From contig JAADVB010000097.1 of assembly GCA_023334545.1 (NCBI GenBank), positions 1 through 61,443 of the forward strand: 61,443 bases of DNA, in the 5' to 3' direction. Every line of letters starts with the position of its first letter. Position 1 is the first letter of the stretch. Below are positions 10,301 through 18,163 of this stretch, in pieces. The position numbers and the translations under genes were made by a program. The notes beneath the pieces are model-generated. The model did not search any database. It saw only the letters and a list, made by a program, of their open reading frames with translations, and was not told the DNA's origin. This DNA is from Salisapilia sapeloensis CBS 127946 (lineage: Eukaryota; Protista; Oomycota).

Positions 10301-10722
10301 GCAGCAACATAGCCGACGTACGGACTCTTTTGTATAATGCCAAGCGTCCGTCCGTCCGACGTCTGCAGCTGGACAGGGTCCTGATAACACACTGGCTGGT
10401 CCTTTCGCTTTTCAAACCCAGGAGCAGGCGTGATCGTCCACTCTGTTGGCTCCACAGGCTCATGTTCGTTGGTATAGGAACCACGCAAGTCGTCACTGAC
10501 GGACGACGGGGACGAGATCAAGAGAGACGTCGAACTTTGCGCGAAGGAAGAGCTACTGGATGACATGAAGGACTTGGAGTGAGGCACGGCGTCCTCGAGC
10601 GCGAGGTAGGCATCAGGTCGCGTCGGACTCTTGGCTGAGTGTACGAGTTTCAGGTGCACGACGGACGTGTAGTATCGCAGGATGCTACCAGAGCTCGACG
10701 CTAGCGGGACGGTCCTGCTCAT
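7351..10722 (-). CDS. Multidomain lipid-binding/transfer protein: PH domain, two hydrophobic segments, CRAL-TRIO (Sec14-like) and START-like domains
   Basis: PH-like LHQGELMLRSRNFVKIWKKGYFVL...WASVLSHAI. TM pair IGGIVAVCGVALAAL / MVLAVVLLAGFLAAFVVVLW. CRAL-TRIO-like LSLILDCRNCTL...STQHYPNRISNVTLV. START-like NWENVTSGDGFSLY...WRGIVDL...YLKDPVRLMRW. Confidence 0.75.
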   Translation of the reverse strand: MSRTVPLASSSGSILRYYTSVVHLKLVHSAKSPTRPDAYLALEDAVPHSKSFMSSSSSSFAQSSTSLLISSPSSVSDDLRGSYTNEHEPVEPTEWTITPAPGFEKRKDQPVCYQDPVQLQTSDGRTLGIIQKSPYVGYVAAGGDSGAMVFVFEQDDPQQSQPDREPSPIFDDEEVDDADSTFDKLPKLLPFKVASNGLEKRRKLTMMDRQNTMSTVVSIKGGDHVWIRGLGTVARKASTKTSYIVQRKQETASSSICCEISLQTTSLDSSLNDSAVLSDSSSSGRGSVEASRRNSRSQSQTAADRTATGDFVGVLHQGELMLRSRNFVKIWKKGYFVLTQVALHRFGEGTNATNVSSAKPKASIMLHDCRKVLYEKFSKPHNFDVEMKNGPKLSLRCNEAVACAKWASVLSHAIESPEWVHADDSYVTVWRSDEHYTSCYCPSIRDVLITHLTMQQSLDDTIGWGQQIYLGNMNINSSVEIVLSDGNKFTLSLEELASAVVSPRWTSQTTMMDIRGATEVPASHRRTEIEEQFGPETHVPRSRAGSSKSQFLVRLKFQAQLQTNSSFTLMSKTLMKPAIGGIVAVCGVALAALSQHCHMVLAVVLLAGFLAAFVVVLWKLEIGFKPLLGPKRLDWYLTLAALEVHPDSKGATAKNAREMEEKQWTSSRSLPTHTRVFRIETALDSILTVPRTNFRAIKRGFPHEFLTSDDNKQKEKTLVVSLGSVNWQLLKVHGVSKEQVGRYWLYLWEYMWTYQVKRRDNMHRLSLILDCRNCTLSSFAESHVRIMLEILTISTQHYPNRISNVTLVCQGASSNLFAQAFIHVLLPPALRTVCEVLTMDPESDPKTYQPLLDNLDAVNKLKKPKTHDDQDLAHFVDSVLAKHASKSIPPFTSEELAIAAAYTQYGSTDGLKGRRSSSAGESLSSSAIVNWENVTSGDGFSLYISTPEEWTQDDGLVQWRGIVDLHTPDEERALGYLKDPVRLMRWVNADDEIVVLDSVSDIEDVCFWTQKLAFLPSNDTRKQRVYDSVVRRTWGNVPDSDDLMVLWKTKTLSRLLAQTSSPSQIQDPVASVCFVLETGGDELRLHFWYQTLLPALSDHDISEVCIDLSVPSLCHKLIVYCAY

Positions 10723-11944
10723 CGTGTCTAGGAGAATGCAGCACTGTCCACGGTAGAGGATCAGATACGCCGCGCGTGCACGTGTAAATTACAGACTGCC
10801 ACGAATGTTGTCGTCAAAAATGTTGACACTTGTCGAAGCAGCCACAGCACTTGGCGATGGTGATAGACCAGATGTAGCGTCTGAGGAGCTACATCAGGCA
10901 TCGTGATGGCCATAGAGCATCCGAAAGAGTGTGCACGCGAGATAGGACAAGATGAAGACGCTTCGGCTTGCGAAGAGGCTGATCGGCAATATAGGCGTCA
11001 TTGAAACGTAGCCACTCAAAGGTTTCCATGGGAATTGTAGGTGTCTAAGTTGAAGGAATGGAGCATTGTAGGGGTGTGAGCAATGCCCCATCCCTCTGTG
11101 GAGGTTCGCCATGCACAATTATTCGTCTGTTTCTGCGTTAGTTTTTATAAACGCCAGACTATGCATTGATATAAGTTGCTCGTCGGAGTTTCAAGACTTG
11201 CGTGTCGTTGGATGCAGCCATAACGCACGATGCTGCTGAAAGATACTCATAGAAAACTTGACTAGTCGATATAAACGCATAAGACTCTTCTACTGTAGCC
11301 TGATACTATCCATCGCCAAGTAATCTGATTAAAGCTAGATTGCACGAAATCATGCTGTCGTCTCGAGATACAATCTGTACGTAAAAAGATATTATGGAGT
11401 GCTTGGAAGTCTATGCGGACGTACGAATGCCAAGTAATGCTTCTTAATTATCGATTTAGCACAATCGCTTAGCTCAAGTCGTAGCACACACCGATAAAAT
11501 CCAGAAAATCATGTAGCGTTGTTCACAAGTGAGATAGGGCGACGTCTGCTCTTTATGACAAGATAACCGAATATTGCTGCCTTTGCCTTTAGCAGATATC
11601 ATGCAATGATCTCAAATGTATCAGAGGCTGCATTTTCATTCCTCGATCTCGCCATGCTAGTCGATTGGAAACGCAGAATACTTTATTCGAGTTAAACACG
11701 TGTAGCTGATACCATTCTACCTCGCTGGGTGTAGACTGGCGTCTATAGCGAGAATAACTGAGAGTATTATCGAGCCCTTATGGATCAGCAAAAGATATCT
11801 TACCTTTCCTTGCAGCTAGTAGACGTCCATCAAGTCGAATGAGCAACAAAGAAAATTGATTACGGATGCCGTGTTGGATCGATATCAAAGTCAAGTCATT
11901 TATTTCAACATTCATTCTCATCCGTACCAGAATCGCCGAGAAAG

Positions 11945-12979
11945 ATGTGGATGCTCGCGCTTTTGGGCCTACTGGTACTTGTTCTAGCCGTCTTGTACGT
12001 CTTCTTCGGTCCTGGCATTGATGAAGACAACTTCCGTGCGTCTCTCCCGCACTCCCGCAATGAGCGAGACTTTCTTGAAGCGTATGTGCGTCACGGACAG
12101 GAAGAGTCAGGCTTCCTCCGACGTCCTCGACCGGGAAATCAAGTTCTAAAACTATTCTATCGACTATGGGTGCCTAAGCAGCTTGACGCTGTGTCAGACG
12201 CAAAAGGCGTGGTCGTCGTCATCCACGGCCTCAACTCGCACAGCGCCAGGAACAACCAGCTCGTTCGAGAGGTCCTCGAGTCCGGATTTGTCGTCGCTGG
12301 GTTCGACCATGAAGGCTTGGGTCGCAGTGGAGGTCGCCATGGTTACTTTTCCAGCGTCTCGCATCTTGTGGATGATGCCATTGCCGTCGTGGAAATGGTC
12401 AGGGACAAGTATCAGGGCCGAAAAGTCTTCTTGCACGGCGGATCTCTCGGTGGTCTCCTCGTGCTCAATATCTTGATCAAGATGCAAAGAGGAACGGTGG
12501 ACGGAGCTATTATCCAGTGCCCAGCACTCAGCGTCCACTCTTCCAGCCGTCCTCACTTCCTCATTGAGCTCCTTGGACGCATGCTGGCTGCAGTTGCGCC
12601 AAAGCTCCCGATCACAGCTGGTCATCGCAACCGAGGCAGCTCGCCTGAAGTGGCTGCGATCGTAGATGCCTTCAAGCGTCAGGATCCTCTCTTTTACAAT
12701 GGCAAGTTGAGGATCGGGACAGGACTGGCGATGCTGGAGGCCATGGAAGAGATACAGGAGAAGTTGCACCTAGTGGAAGCGCCTTACTTGCTCCAGCATG
12801 GAGAGGCCGACCAAGTGTGCAGTCTAGAAGGCTCTCAAGTGCTGCACGAACGGACGGGTAGTGAGGACAAGACGTTCATCACGTACCCGAATTGCGCCCA
12901 CGACATGGCGGAAGAGCCGAAAGAGGTCAAGGATAAAGTTGTAAATGACTTTGTGGCGTGGCTCCTGGCGCGCTGCTAA
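11945..12979 (+). CDS. Monoacylglycerol lipase / lysophospholipase-like alpha/beta hydrolase (Hydrolase_4) with N-terminal membrane anchor, paralog 1
   Basis: VIHGLNSHS, FDHEGLGRSGG, nucleophile elbow HGGSLGG, LLQHGEADQV, AHD. Hydrophobic N-terminus. Intronless. Confidence 0.9.
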   Translation: MWMLALLGLLVLVLAVLYVFFGPGIDEDNFRASLPHSRNERDFLEAYVRHGQEESGFLRRPRPGNQVLKLFYRLWVPKQLDAVSDAKGVVVVIHGLNSHSARNNQLVREVLESGFVVAGFDHEGLGRSGGRHGYFSSVSHLVDDAIAVVEMVRDKYQGRKVFLHGGSLGGLLVLNILIKMQRGTVDGAIIQCPALSVHSSSRPHFLIELLGRMLAAVAPKLPITAGHRNRGSSPEVAAIVDAFKRQDPLFYNGKLRIGTGLAMLEAMEEIQEKLHLVEAPYLLQHGEADQVCSLEGSQVLHERTGSEDKTFITYPNCAHDMAEEPKEVKDKVVNDFVAWLLARC

Positions 12980-13175
12980 TTGTCCAAATACAGACAAGAT
13001 AAGATGCTACTAACATACGGTGTATTATGGTAATTTCGTTATTGGTACTGGTTGGTGCGATAAGGATACCGCGTGTGGTACGAGTGCAGGAGAGCGAGTG
13101 TCTACTGCTCGACGCACCTATGATTCTTCAGTCGCAGGATGATGCAGCGTTCACCGTACTAGAGTGGACGAGGCA

Positions 13176-14295
13176 TCAACTGCGCTCCACGAGCCACTGG
13201 ACAAAGTCGTTGATCACCTTCTCTCCAGTCGGCTTCGGTTCATCGCACAGGTTGTGGGCAGCACCAGGGTATGTCAAAAAGGTCTTGTCTGAACTCGTCG
13301 TGCGCTTGTGCAGTTGCTTCGATCCAGAGATGTTGCAAACGACGTCCGCATCGCCGTGCTGCAGCAGGTACGGAGCTTTGACTAGGTGCAGTCTGCTCTG
13401 GATGTACTCCATGGCCTCGAGCATGGCTAAGCCAGTGCCGATTCTCAGCTTGCCGTTGTAGAACAATGGATCTTGGCGCTGGATGGCTTCTGAGATGGCA
13501 GCCACTTCTGGAGACGTGTTCTGCCCACGATTTGCCTCTGCTATCGGCAGCTTCGGAGCCAAAACCACGAGGATGCGGCCGATGAGTTCCACCAAAAAGT
13601 GCGGACGGCTCGACTTGTGGACCTGGACGGCAGGGCATTGGATCACGGCCCCATCGACCATACCGGGCTTCATCTTGGTGAGAACGATGAGAGTTAGGAG
13701 ACCACCCAAAGACCTGTTCACCATAAGATAAGGTCTTTAGCTAGTGATCTGGAGGTTGAGTATGAATAAAAGGAACGTACCCGCCGTGGAGGAAAACTTT
13801 GCGGCCATTATATCTCTCCCGCACCATGTCGATGATGGCCAAGGCATCGTCCACGAGGTGGTGGACACTTGAAAAATACCCGTGTCGACCATCGCTTCGG
13901 CCAAGGCCTTCAAAGTCAAAGCTGGCGACGACAAAGCCTGCTTTCAGGACTTGGCTCATGCAGTGGTTGCGACCACTGTGCGAGTTTAAGCCGTGAAAGA
14001 CGATGAGAACACCTTTCGACTCGGCAACGTTCCGCAGGTGCTTGGGCACCCACAGTCGGTAGAAGAGCTTAATGCTCTGTCCGTTCGGTCGCGGCCTTCG
14101 AATGAAGCCCGAGTCTTCCTTGCCGCCATGCAAGTGCTGCCGATAGAACTCGAGCTCTTGCTGCGAAGGTGGCAACGTCGCTCGAGGATTGTGTGTGTCA
14201 ATGCCAGGACCGAAGAGGACGTAGAGAACGACGAGCGCAAGTGTAATCGCCATGAAAGGCGCCCAAAGCCACGAAAAGTCATAGAAACCCATCAT
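13176..14295 (-). CDS. Monoacylglycerol lipase-like hydrolase, paralog 2 (two exons)
   Basis: Exon 1 is 14295-13781 and exon 2 is 13713-13176. Removing the GT-AG intron 13714-13780 (67 nt) restores HGG|SLGG. Shares QDPLFYNGKLRIGTGLAMLEAME with paralog 1, plus HGDAD and AHN. Confidence 0.9.
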
Positions 14296-14463
14296 CTTGT
14301 CTAGATTGTTCTTATCTCTTGCTGGAGAAGGTAGAGGGATCGATGTAAATTGAGAAGTGACAAGGTGCTCGATCCTACGACCTGAGAACGTGCCTGCACC
14401 ACTAATGTACCGTTCTAGAACCGAACGTGTACCCGCGAAAGTGTCGCGAGCTCACGTTTCAGC

Positions 14464-15093
14464 ATGGTCGTCGGACGGAACCTCGTGGGCAGTCGGAACG
14501 ATGAGTTCTATGCGTGGGAGCAGAGGAGAGGGAAACAGGCAGCAGCAGAGCCGTCGGGACCGTTGGAAGTGGAGCAAATGATCCAGAGACTCGTGCGTCA
14601 AGGCTCGTCCAACCTCGCGAAATTATACACCGTGCCGGAAGATCAGGATCCGTACGTGTGGCAGTATGAGCACTTGCGACAATTCCTGCGTGAACTGAAC
14701 CGTCTCGTGGCGCATTTGGATGGCGAGTGCACGCGAGAAGTATGTCCGATCATGAAGGCGACGGATGACTGGGTCTTCCTGTGCGCTGCCCACAAGGCGC
14801 CTCGTGAATGCTGTGCGTTCGAATACGCTCTGCACACCCTTGACAACGTTTCCACACTACTCTCCAGCAGTCGAGTGTTCCCCAGTCGCGTCTCCATTAG
14901 CTCGAACGCTACGCAATACTTTCAAAGCGTGGCGCGACGGCTGTACCGGATCTTCAGCCACACCTATTTCCATCATCCCGAAGTCTTTCGGCAAATGGAA
15001 GATGAGACGTATGTATGCCACCGGTTTGTCTACTTTTGCACTACCTTCAGCCTCATCCCCAAGAACCTGCTCATCATTCCAGATATGAACTAA
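14464..15093 (+). CDS. MOB4: MOB-family protein phocein/MOB4
   Basis: PEDQDPYVWQYEHLRQF...WVFLCAAHKAPREC...HTLD...RRLYRIFSHTYFHH matches the phocein signature. Confidence 0.9.
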   Translation: MVVGRNLVGSRNDEFYAWEQRRGKQAAAEPSGPLEVEQMIQRLVRQGSSNLAKLYTVPEDQDPYVWQYEHLRQFLRELNRLVAHLDGECTREVCPIMKATDDWVFLCAAHKAPRECCAFEYALHTLDNVSTLLSSSRVFPSRVSISSNATQYFQSVARRLYRIFSHTYFHHPEVFRQMEDETYVCHRFVYFCTTFSLIPKNLLIIPDMN

Positions 15094-15119
15094 GAAAAGA
15101 ACACGAATTGCATTTGTCT

Positions 15120-15868
15120 TTAGGAACGCCGGAGGTTGTTCAGTCGAGCCTCGAGCTCGCTCATGGCAGAGTCACCCTCGACGCTGGCTTCTCCTGCTGC
15201 CACGGGCGCGGGAGGAGGAGCTGCAGTTTCTGCAGCCTTCTTCTGCTCTGGCGCCTCTTGCCCGACTGGAGCCTCCGGGACTGCGCCCGTCATGTCGATT
15301 CCTATTTCGTCCAGCACCTGGCCGACGATCTTGTCTTCCTCCTCTTCGTCTGCGTCGCCTTCCATGACATCATCGATGGTGTCGCCGATCATCTCCTGCT
15401 TCATCTCCATCTTCTCGCTCTCCATCGCGTACTCCTTCATGATCTCGTTGAGGCGCGGCAGATCCATGGTACTCGCCATGCTCTTGAGCGCTTGAGAGGT
15501 GCCCTGGAGTGCAGACGTCATGGCTTCGGCCGACTTTGCCGTCTACAAGGATGGTATAAACACATTTGCAAGGAAAAAATAGGACGAGAACGCACTTCAA
15601 TGCGGAGAGACACGGCCTGCAGTTGCGAGCGCATGGTGTAGAACTTGGTGATGTGCTGCCGCGTGCGCACGAGGTCCTTGGCCATGATCTTGACGCTACC
15701 CATCTGCCCTTCCTTGGCCATTTTCTTAATCTCAATTACGAGCTTCTTCTCCTGGTTCTGGAGACTCATGCGCTCTCGATCGAGCGAGCGGACGGCTCGG
15801 TTGATCTGGCGCTTGTTCTCACGCAGTTGCTCCTTCTGCGTCTTCTTCTTCGCCAACGCATTCCCCAT
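15120..15868 (-). CDS. VPS2: ESCRT-III subunit Vps2/CHMP2A (two exons)
   Basis: IKKMAKEGQMGSVKIMAKDLVRTR...LQAVSLRIE|TAKSAEAM after removing intron 15543-15595 (53 nt). C-terminal MIM-like LEARLNNLRR. Confidence 0.92.
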
Positions 15869-16233
15869 GCTACTCGACCTGTGCCGTGCGACGGACTGCT
15901 GGAGAAGTGGATTTTCAGTGTCTTGTTCAACATAACCCTTTCTCTTTCTTATTCTTTTCCTTCAGTTGACGAGTAAAGTAGTAATTGTGCGATATGTAGA
16001 CAAGATAGGTGCATGAGTGTCAGGCAGCTAGTAAGAGAACGTGAAGTGGATCAACTAATGTACTGTTCGACCAAGCGAGGCGCATCTTCCTCCGTCGGAT
16101 ATCCATCGACTTCGCCTTTATGCACGCAGCTGAAATCCACCGTCTTGAAAAGATAGTAATGCTTGCACTGAAATTTTGTAGCGGACCGACTCTTCTGGGA
16201 TCTCGACGTAATTCGGGACGCACCCACCTACTC

Positions 16234-16249
16234 GCCCATTCTCCCATTT
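16234..16249 (+). promoter_or_regulatory. Oomycete Inr+FPR-like core promoter of the SMP-30-like gene
   Basis: GCCCATTCTCCCATTT matches GCTCATTYYNCAWTTT at 14/16, about 30 nt upstream of ATG 16280. Confidence 0.55.
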
Positions 16250-16279
16250 TCCTCTCCTTGAGGACCGCGCACGCAATCG

Positions 16280-18049
16280 ATGCGACTGATTTACCTTACG
16301 CTGGCGCTATGCGCGTCCATGGCGTCCGCACTACCTTCCCAGCAAGAGCTGATGCAAACGTTCGACCTCCGCCGACTGAAAAATGTCGACCGAGCGCACC
16401 TACAGCGCCACTTAATGGCCATGGACGAAGCGTCCGACCGCGAGAACGCGAAGGCCATTTTTAATATGTACAAGGTCCTGGATAATGACAACGTCGAGAA
16501 ACTCGGCGACACGTCCGAGGAGCAATTTGACGTCTTCTACGCCAAAGTGTTTCCCGAACTACAAGAGCAAGGACAAGCGATCTTAGATGGAGACGATGAC
16601 GTCTCTGGCCCGTCTCCTGCCTCTGGTGACTCAGACAATGCCAGCGGCTCAAACGGTGAGCCTTCCGATGGCAACTCTCCATCTACTGGCGATGGAGATA
16701 CTTCAGGTACCGATGGAGGAAATGGAGGTACCGGAGACAACGGTGGCAACGGCGGAGGCAATGGCAACAACGGGGGAAACGGTGGTGGCGGTTCTACCCA
16801 CTACGCCACGACGGATACTGGTAAAAAGGTCGAAGTGCAGGATGGCTTGAGCTTTTACTCTAGTACCTACTCTCAGTCCAGCACGAGCTTCCTCAACAAC
16901 CTAAAGAGCAACAGTCGCAGATTGGAGAGCGTTGTGGTGAATTCGAGGAGCGACGGAAACTACCGCCCTGTCACTGGTCCGAAAGTACTCTCTGGCCCCG
17001 GTGCTAAGACCCTCAGTCGCCGACTTGAAGGTACTAACACGACGTCCGTTGGCATGCTATTCTGCGACGTCTCTGGAAACGCCTTGTGGCGACTGACCTC
17101 CGAGTTCGACGTGTATGATGCGGAAGATTACGACGAGTCGGAGGAGAAATCCGTCATTGGAGAAGGACAGTGTCTGTCGACCGCTTCGACGCTGGACGTG
17201 AGCGCTTACCAGTCCGGTTGCAGCCTTCAGAACCACCCGGAGGGATGCGACGACGTCTTCATGCGCGGCTGCTCTGGCCTGGGCGTCAGTGCGGACGGTA
17301 ACACTGTGGTCGTGTCTCGTCAAGGAGGTCGATCGCTCGGCGTCCTGTCGTACAAGGAAGTCGATGGCGAGTGCCAAGGCCGTATCGTGGATGCCATCAC
17401 AACCTACCGTGGCAAGAAACTGAACGGACCTGCGTCTTCCCTCTTCTCGTCCAAGGGCGACTTGTACTTTACGGACCCTCCGTTCGGTCTGGCGAACAAC
17501 CTCGAGGAGCTGACGGAAGTGAACAACACGCTGGATGACTCGCCCCAGAAGGAACTTCCGTTCAATGGCGTCTACCGTCTGCCTGCTGCTGGTGAAGACA
17601 GTCGCGAGCTGGAGCTCTTGGATTGCGACATGGAGCGTCCGAACAAGTTGGCGCTGTCTCCGAACGAGACGGTCATGTACGTGACCAACTCGAGGCGGAA
17701 CGACGCGTACGTGAAGCAGTACGAATTGAACGAAGACGGCAGCGTCGGTAACTCGTCCATTCTGTTCAACTTCTCCGCCTACCCAGAGCTGGAGACTGGA
17801 GACGGTATTGCCGACGGACTGGCAGTGGACTCGGACGGTAACTTGTACGTTGCTGTGTGGAAGGCCGTGTTCGTGATCTCGCCGGGCGGAGAGCTCTTGG
17901 CGGCCCTCAATGCCGACCAGGAAGTTCGGGACGTTGCGATCGGAGAAGGCCGGGTCTTCATCACGGGCGACTTTGGTATGATCGCGTACGCGACGGGCGC
18001 CATGCCTGCGCAAACACTGGTGGAGACGCAGACGACGTGCTCGAGCTAG
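16280..18049 (+). CDS. Secreted SMP-30/gluconolactonase/LRE-like beta-propeller protein with Gly/Asn-rich linker
   Basis: Signal peptide MRLIYLTLALCASMASA. Propeller motifs MLFCDVSGNALWRL, YRGKKLNGP, GDLYFTDPPFGL, RPNKLALSP, ADGLAVDSDGNLYVA. Confidence 0.85.
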   Translation: MRLIYLTLALCASMASALPSQQELMQTFDLRRLKNVDRAHLQRHLMAMDEASDRENAKAIFNMYKVLDNDNVEKLGDTSEEQFDVFYAKVFPELQEQGQAILDGDDDVSGPSPASGDSDNASGSNGEPSDGNSPSTGDGDTSGTDGGNGGTGDNGGNGGGNGNNGGNGGGGSTHYATTDTGKKVEVQDGLSFYSSTYSQSSTSFLNNLKSNSRRLESVVVNSRSDGNYRPVTGPKVLSGPGAKTLSRRLEGTNTTSVGMLFCDVSGNALWRLTSEFDVYDAEDYDESEEKSVIGEGQCLSTASTLDVSAYQSGCSLQNHPEGCDDVFMRGCSGLGVSADGNTVVVSRQGGRSLGVLSYKEVDGECQGRIVDAITTYRGKKLNGPASSLFSSKGDLYFTDPPFGLANNLEELTEVNNTLDDSPQKELPFNGVYRLPAAGEDSRELELLDCDMERPNKLALSPNETVMYVTNSRRNDAYVKQYELNEDGSVGNSSILFNFSAYPELETGDGIADGLAVDSDGNLYVAVWKAVFVISPGGELLAALNADQEVRDVAIGEGRVFITGDFGMIAYATGAMPAQTLVETQTTCSS

Positions 18050-18163
18050 GCGCTTTCTTTCGTTTTGACAAATGCAGCTTATCCATTTTCTTTTTCTTTT
18101 CTTTTTCGTACTTAGTCCGATTATCTATTTTTGCACGATCAACCACGAATCGAGCTCACCGTA

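Noticed and set aside
16280-16500. RxLR effector
   Set aside because: The motif after the signal peptide is RRLK, not RxLR, and the body is a conserved enzyme fold.
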